From Haliotis cracherodii (taxonomy: Eukaryota), in NCBI RefSeq assembly GCF_022045235.1, contig NW_027266269.1:16802001-16866000 (forward strand): DNA of 64,000 nucleotides, read 5' to 3'. Made by a program: the position numbers and the translations under genes. Positions 1 through 13,350 of the stretch are shown in pieces (the first letter of the stretch is position 1; every line of letters starts with the position of its first letter). The notes under the pieces were generated by a model that worked only from the letters and a program-made list of their open reading frames with translations, searched no databases and was not told where the DNA came from.

Positions 1-1114
1 ATGATGGTTCAAATTGCTTCTGAATTCAAGATTTAGTCTTATACAATATATTGTGATACATATTGCAATATGGCCTTGTGCATTTTAAAATATTGTGATA
101 CACTTCTAACCTCCAATACCCATCTCTAGAATTTTATGAATGTCATGTCATGACCTTCTCCGTCGCTCAACATGAGATTTGACCTTGAATAGCAACCAAA
201 AGGTAGTCACAGATCCATCAGCAACTCGAAGCTGCAATGGTGCAGGAGTGGAACCAACTTCCTTAGGCTTTCTTTCAGACACTCATCAACTCAAAAAAGT
301 TATGCTTGTATAGCTGCTCGGGAGGCCATAAAAACTATTGGTGGACGTTTTTGAGGCTGCAGGCACCTGCCATTTTGGCACTTGAACGGGTACCTTGTTG
401 AGCATGTATATTTTAAGCGAACATTCATATGGTAATCAAACACATGCCCTCAAAGTTGTTAACGACTGTTTGACCTGTCAGAAAAATGAATTAAAATGAA
501 TGGATCTGTTTGCGTTGCTGCTCAGTATATATCTCCATATGTTAAGATTAAGTTTGTGGTTACATTTTCTCAAAAAAGTGTTATGTATTTCAATTAAACT
601 AGTAGATGCCTTCTTTATTAGGAGATGGTCATGCTTTGGAAATGTCTTGGTCTAAAGTGTTCAGAGTTCAGGTTTTTGTAAAACATGTATTTCATTGTCA
701 GCTTTCTGATGCATTGTTACTTCTACTTTCAAACAAACACGTGGAGATGATATGTAATTTTGAAATGAGGCTGATGATATAGTTCAGGAAAGCTTAGTTG
801 TTCACAGTAGAACAAGGTAATTGACACCATACCACATAAATACATCAAATTGGGTGCATCTGTTGAAATGTCCAAAGACAATTTTGCGTGAAGCCATGTT
901 TATTGAACAAAAGTGGTGTCAAGTGCCACAACATGCCAACAAGCAACATGTAGCCAATAATCAGTCCGATCATCTGTCACAATGAGAGTATCCTACCTAA
1001 ACTGAAACGTAAACAATGTAAACAATCGATAGAGTGGAGTTCTGGTGACACGGCTGGCCGCTCCATGCAGACAGGGTCTCCTGCTCTAAGTATGCATCAA
1101 TGACCATTGCATGA

Positions 1115-1432
1115 TAAGGTTGGTTGCTTGGTTTGTTGTTTAACACCGCATTAAGCAGTGTTCCACCTATATTTGACGGCGGTCTGTAAATAATCAAGTC
1201 TGGACCAGACAATCCAGTGATTGAAAACATGAGCACCATGACCCTCGTAAGACGGGGCTAACAGGATCTGGTTAGTCTTACTGACTTGGTTGATGCATGT
1301 CATTGTATCCCAATTGCATGGAACAGTACTAATGATACCAATCACTGGATTGCCTGGTCTAGACTTGATTATTTGCAGTCAGACGTCATATAGCTGTAAT
1401 ATTGTATTGCATTGAACACAAAACAAACAAAC
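1115..1432. mobile_element. Two opposed, truncated copies of an abundant SINE-like family
   Basis: Shares 'gactTGGTTGATGCATGTCAT..ATCCCAATTGC...AATCACTGGATTGTCTGGTCCAGAC...' and a caaa/caac tail with the copies at 13541, 14095 and 17561. The first copy is on the minus strand and the second on the plus strand. Confidence 0.7.
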
Positions 1433-1439
1433 TTATCGT

Positions 1440-2110
1440 CCTTGAGGATTAAGACTGGTCCGATTGTACCAGCATGTCGTTTTCTGATACACCCAGAATG
1501 TCCTCCTTATAGTGCACATGTGTCCACATGCCCCGATAAAGGACATGGACATCAGTTCTTCCAGCTCTACTGATCCCATGCCAAATCACGATTGAGCCCC
1601 CTCCACAGCGGTTATGTTCGGCTATGTTGGAATACTGAAATCCTTGTCTAGGCCACACTCAGGCACAATGGTCTGTGAAGTCTAGGCAATATCTCGATTC
1701 ATCAGTCAAAAATACTGGAGGCCAGTTCTTATGTCCAACCGATGTGATTTTCATCCCAATCTAAACGTGCCTGCCAATGAAACCGATCTTCCCGCTGTGT
1801 GGTGGAAGGATGTCGACCTCTGGCATGTCAAATGGTAGCGGATCCAAACGTCTCGTATCGATTCCATGTTCTGATGACACACTTTAGCTGGCACTAAAGA
1901 TGTTTGCAACGTGATGTTGACCCTATGCATCTGCCTAAATACTTCGTCCATCAAACGATGTCTCCATTGGGGGAGCATAAGTGCATTCAGTTGTTGCAAT
2001 CTTCCGTAGAAAAAGTTGTTGTACACTCTAATAATGATGTGCAGCCATTGTGTCATGATACATCCAGACACAGGTTTTTTCCAGCACCTTATGCACATCA
2101 TGCCCATTAC
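1440..2110 (-). mobile_element. Decayed Tc1/mariner transposase fragment
   Basis: Minus strand reads VFLTDESRYCL...GGGSIVIWHGIS...YKEDIL with frameshifts and stops. Confidence 0.75.
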
Positions 2111-2335
2111 TGCATGCCTCTGTCCTTTCATCAGGAAATTTGAGGCCAATAGGGGCCACCCAATCATTGTGTACAGGGATATTTCAATCTATATTGTTGG
2201 ATGTTTTTTGCTATCATCAAAACTTGATCCTGAGCAAACTTTTGAGTAGAAAAGTATGTTTGATTTTTCTTCTTTGTTTATTCTTATTTTAAGATAAAAA
2301 GTTTTATCCTTAACTCTACCCACATATTGCTACAG

Positions 2336-2408
2336 TGGTCTGCGTAAGAAGCTTGAGGTGCAGCCGCCATCTCTTCCAGAACTGGAGATCACGCCAAAGA
2401 AGGAAAAG
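2336..2408 (+). CDS. RFX7: RFX5/RFX7-like transcription factor, internal exon (end of RFX DNA-binding domain plus PxLPxL motif)
   Basis: tacag|T GGT CTG CGT AAG AAG... translates (S)GLRKKLEVQPPSLPELEITPKKEK and ends AAG|gttt. It matches the RFX5/7 'YSGLRKK...PxLPxL' segment. Phase-0 end fits the next exon. Confidence 0.85.
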
Positions 2409-4143
2409 GTTTATTTTATTAGCTGTTTCTTGATGTCAATTGGATTACGACAGTGCATCAACTGTGAGATGCTTACAGGGCAGTTTGTGAGAGGCAACGG
2501 TCATGGAAGAAGTACACAGTTCATTTTTTTTCAAATCTAAGAGTTATAAAAATCAACACGTCATGAAATCCAAAATTTTTTAACAGTGGTCCTCTTCACT
2601 GCTAACTATCCATCATAGTTGCAATAGCTTCCCCCACATGAACCCTGTGCATGCACTGTCAAAAATAACCTCACTACTTGTGTGTGCTGATGTCATCATG
2701 AAAGAGTAGTCCTTTTAAATATTTTTTTTATCACACTTATGTTTGACCCACTGGATCCTTCCTCACCTTTTTGATTTCTGGCGACCATCATGACACCTGC
2801 TAGAAGTGAGGCCCTTAGGATTGCTATCATAGAATGAAGGTGCTCACTACGGCCACCATATGGGTGATGACCTTTCTGTGTTTGAGCCATTTCGATCTTT
2901 ACACTGCACTGTTGAATGGGCTTGTGGTCACCTGGGAGCCACCCTGCCATTGCATGATGGTTTTGGATCTTTTGACTATACCAAGGACACTATTGGATGG
3001 GGCCGTAGACAGCCAAGGACCCTTGAATTGCGTGATGCTACCGTTCAAATGGGTTGTGATTGGCATTTTACCGCCCGCCCAGATCAAAGGAGAACAATCA
3101 ACCTAGTTATGACTTGGGTCAAAGACTGTTGGATATTGGATTTAGTCATAGTGCTACCAATGGCCTGTGACATAAGTCAGGATTCAGATTGGCACAGGAC
3201 GTCTGTGGACCAACCTTGGCATGATGTGAAGGAAGGACACACGCTTATATCTGGATCAAACAGCGGTTGACTTTACTGCTGGAAATTTTGGTTTATCTTT
3301 CTTCAGTAATATTCAGAATTATGTTAACTATCTTTGGTATTGCTAGATGGCAGAACCCGCCGATCACTTGGGTGTATTCTGGTGCTGATGAAATACGTTT
3401 TCTATTTGAAAGAATTATAAATTCAAAATCAATTCAAAGAATATTATTCTCAAGTACAGCCAGTACTATTCTTTCCCCCCCCCCCCCCCCCCCCCCCCCC
3501 TGTATTCTGCAGAGAGGTTGTAAATATTGACAAAAGTGAGGTATCCTGGATGCCAAGCATAGGGTTCAGGTGGGGGATACTAATACTATCTTTTTAGTAG
3601 TATTCTTTGAATTATTAACAACAACTATTGTTTGATACGTGCATGTTTGTAACAAATATTACCTAATTGTATGCCAATGACATTTCTGTCAAGGTCACAG
3701 TTAAGGTAATTGTAAAATGTGGTTGTCCCATTCATTTTCCTGAATATTTGCAAATATAAACATTAAAGGATATGATGTAACAGGCTTCTTCATAATCAAT
3801 TTCTAATGTGGAGCACAAATGCATCTGTCAATGTTCAGTATTCCAGATATGCATTCGACTTTGTTATTCATTTGGCTATCAGCAAAAGAAATCCTACTCT
3901 TTTATAATCAAATGTTTCACTAAATCCAGAAGTGATGCTATCCCCTTATCAGAATGGATTTGCATTTGATGTTTCTATCAAGGTGGAAGTGTGGGATCTG
4001 AGTGAAGTTGCATACAACATGAGGGCTTGCCCAGCTATTTATCAACCTAGTAACATATTGAGGAAACAATGATGAAAGGTATGCTTTTTTACAAGGTCTT
4101 GCACACATCTAAAGTCATCAACTCATTACTCTTTTTGTTTTAG

Positions 4144-4348
4144 GAAGAAAAGACTGAGGAAGACGAGGTTTACACTGCTTCACGTCAGCTTGTGTGTGAA
4201 TGGGCACATAAGCTTTTGGGAACAAATTTCAACAATTTACGAGAATTGGCTGAGTTTCTGGTTGGGAATCTGTATGTCAACAGTAAATCAACTGCAGCAT
4301 TCACTGTGTTAGCTGCCATGCAAGATGCAGGACTTCATAATTCAAAAG
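4144..4348 (+). CDS. RFX7: RFX5/RFX7-like, internal exon
   Basis: tttttag|GAA... translates EEKTEEDEVYTASRQLVCEWAHKLLGTNFNNLRELAEFLVGNLYVNSKSTAAFTVLAA, similar to the RFX7 'ACRLVCEWAQKVL...LELARFLV...SMAALTV' helical region. Ends AAA G|gtaaaa (phase 1). Confidence 0.88.
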
Positions 4349-4425
4349 GTAAAATAGGTTCTCAACATGCCCAATAACAGCATTGCACCTGTTCCAGTAC
4401 CAATTTTTGTTAACATACGTTTTGG

Positions 4426-7200
4426 TATACAAGGGAAGGTGTATAACAGTGACTGTATGACAGGGTAGGGTCCCCACACAGCCAGTGTATGGGCAGTGAC
4501 TGTATGACAGGGTAGGGTCCCCACACAGCCAGTGTATGGGCAGTGACTGTATGACAGGGTAGGGTCCTCACACAGCCAGTGTATGGGCAGTGACTGTATG
4601 ACAGGGTAGGGTCCTCACACAGCCAGTGTATCGGCAGTGACTATGACAGGGTAGGGTCCCCACACAGCCAGTGTATCGGCAGTGACTGTATGACAGGGTA
4701 GGGTCCCCACACAGCCAGTGTATGGGCAGTGACTGTATGACAGGGTAGGGTCCTCACACAGCCAGTGTATGGGCAGTGACTGTATGACAGGGTAGGGTCC
4801 CCACACAGCCAGTGTATGGGCAGTGACTGTATGACAGGGTAGGGTCCCCACACAGCCAGTGTATGGGCAGTGACTGTATGACAGGGTAGGGTCCCCACAC
4901 AGCCAGTGTATGGGCAGTGACTGTATGACAGGGTAGGATCCTCACACAGCCAGTGTTTGGGCAGTGACTGTATGACAGGGTAGGGTCCCCACACAGCCAG
5001 TATATGGGCAGTGACTGTATGACAGGGAAGGATCCTCACTTTACAGGTGTATGGGAAGTGACTGTACGGCAGGGAAGGGTTCTCACTTTACAGGTGAATG
5101 GGCAGTGACTGTATGACAAGGAAGGATCCTCACTTTACAGGTGCATAGTAAGTTACTGTATGACAGGGAAGGATCCTCACTTTACAGGTGCATGGTAAGT
5201 TACTGTATGACAGGGAAGGATCCTCACTTTACAGGTGTATGGGCAGTGACTGTATGACAGGGAAAGGTTCTCACTTTACAAGTGTATAGTGAGTTACTGT
5301 ATGACAGGGAAGGGTTCTCACTTTACAGGGGTATGGGCAGTGACTGTATGACAAGGAAGGGTTTTCACTTTACAAGTGTATAGTGAGTTACTGTATGATA
5401 GGGAAGGGTTCTCACTTTACAGGGGTATGGGCAGTGACTGTATGACAGGGAAGGGTTCTCACTTTACAGGTGTATGGTGAGTTACTGTATGACAGGGAAG
5501 GATTCTCACTTTACAGGGGTATGGGCAGTGACTGTATGACAGGGAAGGGTTCTCACTTTACAGGGGTATGGGCAGTGACTGTATGACAGGGAATGGTTCT
5601 CACTTAACAAGTGTATGGTGAGTTACTGTATGACAGGGAAGGGTTCTCACTTTACAGGTGTATGGTGAGTTACTATATGACAGGGAAGGGTTCTCACTTT
5701 ACAGGTGTATGGGCAGTGACTGTATGATGGGGAAGGGTTCTCACTTCACAGGTGTATGGTGAGTTACTGTATGACAGGGAAGGGTTCTTACTTAACAGGT
5801 GTATGGTGAGTTACTGTATGATAGGGAAGGATCCTCACTTTACAGGTGTATGGGCAGTGACTGTATGACAGGGAAAGGTTCTCACTTTACAAGTGTATAG
5901 TGAGTTACTGTATGACAGGGAAGGGTTCTCACTTTACAGGTGTATGGGCAGTGACTGTATGACAAGGAAGGGTTTTCACTTTACAAGTGTATAGTGAGTT
6001 ACTGTATGACAGGGAAGGGTTCTCACTTTACAGGGGTATGGGCAGTGACTGTATGACAGGGAAGGGTTCTCACTTTACAGGTGTATGGTGAGTTACTGTA
6101 TGACAGGGAAGGATTCTCACTTTACAGGGGTATGGGCAGTGACTGTATGATAGGGAAGGGTTCTCACTTTACAGGGGTATGGGCAGTGACTGTATGACAG
6201 GGAATGGTTCTCACTTAACAAGTGTATGGTGAGTTACTGTATGACAGGGATGGGTTCTCACTTTACAGGTGTATGGGCAGTTACTGTATGAAAGGAAAGG
6301 GTTCTCCCTTTACAAGTGTATGGTGAGTTACTGTATGACAGGGAAGGGTTCTCACTTTACAGGGGTATGGGCAGTGACTATATGAAAGGAAAGGGTTCTC
6401 CCTTTACAAGTGTATGGTGAGTTACTGTATGACAGGGAAGGGTTCTCACTTTACAGGTGTATGGGCAGTGACTAAATGAAAGGGAAGGGTTCTCACTTTA
6501 CAGGTGTATGGGCAGTGACTGTATGACAGGGAAAGGTTCTCACTTTACAAGTGTATAGTGAGTTACTGTATGACAGGGAAGGGTTCTCACTTTACAGGGG
6601 TATGGGCAGTGACTGTATGACAGGGAAGGGTTCTCACTTTACAGGTGTATGGTGAGTTACTGTATGACAGGGATGGGTTCTCACTTTACAGGTGTATGGG
6701 CAGCGACTGTATGACAGGGAAGGGTTCTCACTTTACAGGTGTATGGGCAGTGACTGTATGAAAGGGAAGGGTTCTCCCTTTACAAGTGTATGGTGAGTTA
6801 CTGTATGACAGGGAAGGGTTCTCACTTTACAGGGGTATGGGCAGTGACTATATGAAAGGGAAGGGTTCTCCCTTTACAAGTGTATTGTGACTTACTGTAT
6901 GACAGGGAAGGATTCTCACTTTACAGGTGTATGGGCAGTGACTGTATGACAGGGAAGGGTTCTCCCTTTACAGGTGTATGGGCAGTGACTGTATGACAGG
7001 GAAGGGGTCTCACTTTACAGGTGTATGGGCAGTGACTGTATGACAGGGAAGGGGTCTCACTTTACAGGTGTATGGGCAGTGACTGTATGAAAGGGAAGGG
7101 TTCTCCCTTTACAAGTGTATTGTGACTTACTGTATGACAGGGAAGGGTTCTCCCTTTACAAGTGTATTGTGACTTACTGTATGACAGGGAAGGGTCCTCA
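4426..7200. repeat. 47-bp minisatellite (about 59 units, two subtypes) in the RFX intron
   Basis: gacagggtagggtccccacacagccagtgtatgggcagtgactgtat up to about 5030, then gacagggaagggttctcactttacaggtgtatgggcagtgactgtat. Confidence 0.97.
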
Positions 7201-7389
7201 CCCTCTTGTTATTGTACAACCATGATCAAAGGGAAAATGCCACAAACGGGAAAGTTTTAAAATGTCTATAAAATAAGTTACTGTTTTTGTTTGCAGAAAC
7301 TGTGTTAACATGTATTTGATTAAAGAAATGTTTGACATCAATTTGCTTTGAGGTTTGCTTGCTATTTTTATGTTTTTTTTGTGTTGCAG

Positions 7390-10300
7390 TTCCTGTATCA
7401 AGCCTGTTTACATGCACGTCTGGTGGCAACAAACACAAGGAGACTCAGCTTCAGCTCCAACGGAAGTTGCAAGAGAGAGAACTTATTAAGGAACAGAAGC
7501 GAAGACTACAACAACAGCGATCTGAGAATGAACGTGAGAATGATCACCTTCGTTCACAATCTCTTGGTCATTCACCATCACCATTTCAGTTAGCTGCAAA
7601 AAGTGCTGCTCGCAATATAACCAAGCTTCTGCAGTCTCCAGGAGCCGGGGACAACTGTCTCAAGACAAGCCCCCACACTCTGCAGGAAATGATAAAGCAA
7701 CAAGACAGAAAGTCTGGTGTGGAGGCTAGCATAGACAACCATTGTAATGGCCACAGTGATATGGATGTTCAGGCTGACAGTGGTAGTGTTAATGGAAGGC
7801 AGAGTGATAATGGCCAATACCATGTTGTCAAAAAGCCAGCTGTAAGGCCTGCTAGCCAGTTAGGAGATATTTCAGATAAAGCAGTTCAGAAGACAGATGT
7901 TCACACAGACCATAAGTCAAACCCTTTAAACTCTAATTCTGAAACAAATTCTGAAAATGGACATTTTGCTTTGCCAACAACTCCTTCACGCAGTGCTTTT
8001 GTACCTGTATCAAATCAAAGAAAGGATTTTTGTTCCACAACAACGCATCCTAATTCAGGTTTGATAGACTTCTTAGAGGAATCAGGAGAAGACAAGCATA
8101 CTTTACTAACTGAATCGTTTGACACTGATTCAAAGACCAATGGGAAGTCAAACTATTTAAAGGACATGCTTCAGAGAGAAACAAGTTCTGATAACAAATC
8201 CAGCAACTCACCTGTTATTGTCTGTGGTGAAAGTAGCACAAGTACTGTTCCTTCGTCACCTCAGACACCTAAGAAGTCTCGAAGTCGCTTTACACCAATA
8301 CGCCCTAAAATAACACCAACAAAGACTGTATCATCGATCCTCAAAGACCACAAGAATGCAAACGGTGATGGTCCTGCATATGACAGCAGACCTGTTTCGG
8401 CTATTCTGAAAGAAAAACGTGCCCGTGAAGCTCAAGAAATTTTGACTCAATTGGCAAGCAATGTTCAGTTGCAAAGCAGTCCTTTACCTCAAGGCATGAA
8501 TGTCTCTGGACCTGTTTCCTCGGTTTCGTCAGATGTCCTTAAATTGCCACTACCTGCAGGGAATTGTTCAAATTCAAATGAAGTTTTCATTATTGTTGGA
8601 TCCCCAAAAGCAGGAACATCAAAAGTAAATAGTCAATCAATTACAGTATCCCAGGGAGCATTTGACATTATGAGCAACACTCAGTTCCCCCCAAATGTGA
8701 CAGCACCAATGCCATCCTCAGTTCCATTAACTTTGTTGCTAGCAAAACAAGAAGAAATGCAATTTCAAGGTAGTAGACAATTGGACAGCAACTCACAGGA
8801 CAATTCAGATTTATCTGATAATGGCAATATCACTGACAGTGATATACAAAAATCTGATGAATCTCAGGACATGATCATTTCAAGAGACACTGACACACCA
8901 TCAGGAAGAAAACGCAAGTCCAGTGACAGAGATGTGGAAAGTAAAACCAAAAGAATGAATTCTACCGACGTAAGAAATGAAGAAGATGAAGTGTTTCTTC
9001 CTCCTGGTGAAACGCAGACAGCACGAACAGTTGATCCAAACTCAAAGACAGTGTCTGTGTTGGTTCAAGCTGAGGCAGTGTCATGTGGCTGTGAGAGTCG
9101 TGCATCTGGTGGCAAGTTGAGTGTGGAGAGTCTGGAGAGTGATGCCTTGCTTGACAGTGCACCCATGGCAGTGGACCAGGATCTTGTTTCTTCTCTTTCA
9201 AAACCAAATCTTCTCACAAGTCAGACTGCTTCTATTGGCATCAGTGCAAAGTCAATGAGATCAACACAAAAACAACTTCTGCAGCAAAAACTGCAGCTAG
9301 ATCAGCGCGTCAGTAATTATCTTAGTAAAGGTCATAAAAGCAGCAAGGAGATAGAATCTGTCACTCAGCAATTGTCAGTAGTAGACAAATCAAGGGTTGA
9401 ACAAATACTGCAACAATACATTCAGCATCAGCAAAAGCCTGATGTGAAATCATGTGTAGCATTTCCAAGCAAATCAACCCCAATGCCAAACAATCAACCA
9501 GTTAACCTCTTGTCATTACTTCAAAGACCTGTGTTTGATAGTAAAAAATCAGTGTTAAGTTCTGTCAGCAAATCAAAGGAAGTTTGTCTGAATATTGAGA
9601 ATTCAGGTCAGAGGATGGCCTCTGAAGTAAGCACCCAGATAGTGGTGAACAAGGATACCCAGCAAGTGAATAGTAATACTGTTGATATGTGTGAAGACAG
9701 TTCAGATTTACCTTCAGATGTTGCAGATTTTATAACAGAAAATATGGCTGCCAGAGACAATTCGACTGGGCCAGTTGATCCTGTGAATCAACAAATGAAA
9801 AGTAAACAGACTGTTGGAACATCCAACAAAGTGAGACACTTGCTACAAACAGATCACCCTCAGAATCAAGGCGAATGTGAAACTGATGATGCAGGTATCC
9901 GTGGATCCACCGAGCAATTTACTGTTCCATCCACCCCACCCCCACGCCAAAAGGAGCTAACTAGTTCTAAGCCAAGGTTTGCTACAGTACAGAGGAGTGC
10001 CTCTCTACCAATGTTTGCTCCACTTTTAGCCAATAATCAGTGCCAAACATCTCTTATGACACTTGGAAAAGGACTGGATATGCCAGCACCCCCAAACAGA
10101 GTGATAGATTCAAATTCACCACAGCCCTTGCTTCAAAAATCGACAACTCCCATAAGTTTTGCTAATTGTGTCCGTCAACCGTCTGGAAGGCAACGCCAAA
10201 ATTCAATTGACCGTCTCAGTAACCATACTCCCATGTCAGATGCAGGTTACCATAGCTTTGATGCAAGTCCTGTGATGAATTCTACACCAATTCCTCCAGT

Positions 10301-12071
10301 AGGAACAAGTGATAATTTGACAAATAATGCCAGCAATACAAGTACAAATTCTGTGAGATCTGATTCAGCACAGAGCTTAGTTAATGAGTCAGTTGTTGTG
10401 CAAAGTCCCATACAACTGGCATCACCTCAAGTTCACAGTGCACGGTCCACACCTAGTTCTATTATGTCGCCACAAATGGCATCCCATAATAGTATCAACA
10501 CAAGCCCGAGTGAGAACATCACTTCTCCAAATTCTTTTATCCCAATTCAGGGTGGACTGACAACGGGCTGTTCAACACTGAGTAGTCCACAGCTGGTGAC
10601 TCCCATCAAACCCATGGTGACTGTAGCAGCTTCACCCAGTACAGTTTCATCAGTTACATTCAGTAGTAGTATTTTGATGCAGCTTACATCAAATAATAAT
10701 GGAGATCCCAAGTCCAGTCTCCTCTTCCATCACACACCCAATAACCAGCATAAGCAGAGGGACATGAAGTCATCTTCAAACACAACAGATGTCAAGGAGT
10801 CAAGTGCTAAAACTGGAGTTTTGCATAAACTACTCAATTCAAAGAGTTTGCCAAGCTATGAAGAGGCTGTACACCACTTGGGCAGGATCAACTTTGAGGA
10901 AAATGGCACAAGTGGTACCGCTGGGGTGACATCAGTTGCAAATCCTTGTTTAGAGACAGAAGCTCAAAAACAGGTTGTCAAAAGTGTCAATGTGAGTAAG
11001 CCTGTGAATGTTTCACTTACACGGTCAATTAGTGTTTCTGAAAATGATTTAAAGCTAAAACCAGATAACAGTCCCGACACCCAAGATAGAACTACTACAG
11101 GATCAGATGGAAGACACATCTCAACTAGTGAATACCCCTTCTCTTATCAACTTGCATTACTTAGAGAAAAGTGTCTAAATCCTCCTGGAAAGGAGAATAA
11201 AAGTGAACAAGGTAATAACAACAAAGGGCAATCCGTCCAGAGAATGTCTGCAGTGAACATAATGCCCTCAGAACTTAAAACCTTTTCAAATGGTAATAGT
11301 GCGCTTGCCAATGAATCAAAAGAGACCAAATTGCCTGATCCCCTGCAAGTAGATTCCACTGTTGAGGCAAATGATAACTTAATTCATGGTAAAGCTAATG
11401 TAACACACCATCATTATGGCACTGCTGCACAGAAACTTTCATCATTAAGCCAAAGCATGCCTGTGTCAAGTACAAATGCACGATTGAAAGCATCAACAAC
11501 TGTGATAAAACCATCTGCAAGTCCAGCATATCCGCGCACATTCTCTACAGATTTGGTGCCTTCTATTCCATCCAATGCATTGTTATCTACCAATAAACCT
11601 AGGCAGCTGGCACCAACAGCATTTGCTACTTTTGATTTACCAAACGTCAACTATATGGGCAATGCCCCTAATATTGACCTAGGGAGTATTCTGCAAGGCA
11701 AACAGGGAGCAGCTGGAGGTCTTCATACCGCCAGTGATAGTGCTGGCGGTGACCGAAGCAGACTTACCTTGATGCAGGCATTACAGCCCACTCAGACAAT
11801 AAATGAAGAGGAGCTGCAGTCAACATTAGAGATCCTTCGCAGTCTCGACAGTCAGTATTTCTCTCAGTCTGACCTAGACCTAGACACCATGCAGCCCTCT
11901 CTACAGCAATCACATCAATCTTCATCTCAGCATGAACTGCAGCTTCAGTCACAGGCCCTTTCTGTTAACCAAATAGACCAGGATGGTGCTGCAAACTCAA
12001 GTACTTCCTCTGATACTCAAGAACAAAAGAGTAGCATGAGGTCATTTACAAATAATGTGTCCAGCAGATAG
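7390..12071 (+). CDS. RFX7: RFX7-like giant terminal coding exon (coiled coil, then a long S/T/Q/N-rich disordered region)
   Basis: The 1579-aa ORF is entered through a strong acceptor ttttttttgtgttgcag|TT. Phase 1 matches the upstream exon (G+TT=Val). It begins with 'ETQLQLQRKLQERE' as in RFX7, has an NLS-like GRKRKS, and stops at TAG 12069-12071. Confidence 0.85.
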
Positions 12072-13094
12072 CTCTTAGCCATTTTTGCTCACTCCATGTT
12101 ATCAAAGCAGCTATGCAGTTGATAACTTGATCATAAAACTTTATAATTATTAAGAAGATGACAAATGCATGGCTTGTGATCATCTTAAATTATTATGGCA
12201 ATTGTCAGTTGTACATTCATGTTGATAGCCAAGTTGATAAACAGTGTGTTGTGTGTTTGGGAAACAATTCAGATCTGTAGCTTCTTGTCCAAAGTAATCA
12301 TTCCCTATAATAGCATAACTTTTTGAGATGTGTGTACATTTTTCAAAAATAACTCATGATATTGCAAAACATGGCATGGTACCTAGTTGATCAACAAGAC
12401 AGGGTCACAGTATTGGACCAACAAATCATTGTTACTAATTTTATTATATCAGTAGTGAATACAGTTACCTTTTGTATCAACCCAACATTAAATGATCTGA
12501 CAATCTGTCTAATCTGACATTACATTTTGGTCCTTTTCTAGATTGTGAAATCATCTCGAGTTCACAAACCATTTGGTCCATGTACATATCTTCAAGATCA
12601 TGTTTATGCTGTGCAAAACATACATTTTTGGGTTACTTGATGTGAGCCATGTCAGCTGAAGTCATGACATGTGTGTCCTGCTGTCAATCCTTGCTTCTTT
12701 AAACACTGGCTGAGTAGGCACATGAACTGATATATAGCATGCTTATCAACACCATTGTGTTTATTTGAAGACAACTTAATTTTTTATTTTTTGTGTGACA
12801 TTTTGTTCAAAAGAAAGAACAAAAAACGATATTTATGAACATCTCAGAAACTACAATGCAGTAAATGGTTTAGTAGATTAAAGATTGATATTCGACTTGA
12901 ATGGTTGTAGAGGATGCTGCCAAAAAAAAAAAGAATTCTCAGAGACTGTTCCCAAATGTGTACGTATGTACTTGCAAAATTAATGAGTTCAAGATTGACA
13001 AGTTCATTAGAATTAGCTTTTTGAAAACAAAATTAGGACGAATATATTTCAACGTCTTGAAAGAAAGCACATTTTTTAAGACTGGAAACTTTAA

Positions 13095-13325
13095 GTGAAT
13101 GAGTTGTGTTTAACACTGCTCTGAACAATATTTTAGTATTTTAGTTATTTCACAATGTGTCAGCTTAATGTGGGGGAAAAGCCAAAGAGATGCATGTTTT
13201 GGACATTTGCCACTTTTGTGAAACCAATGAACACAGGTGTAGTGCTGATAAACATAATTGTAGGTTTCAGGTGTGCCTAAGAGATGCAACTCTGCTCAGT
13301 GAATTGTTGCAGCTCAGACACCCTG
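13095..13325 (-). mobile_element. Degenerate copy of the tRNA-derived SINE seen at 20547-20827
   Basis: Colinear blocks tgtcagcttaatgtg, gtgaaacc, gtgctga.aaac, taggtttc.ggtgtgcc, gcaactctgc. Confidence 0.7.
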
Positions 13326-13350
13326 GAAAATTTGATATAAAAAACAATGC

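Noticed and set aside
3475-3500. Poly-C tract
   Set aside because: Simple intronic homopolymer. It could form a G-quadruplex on the other strand, but nothing else supports a function.
7332-7389. Apparent signal peptide at the start of the 1579-aa ORF
   Set aside because: It is the translated polypyrimidine tract of the intron; the exon starts at 7390.
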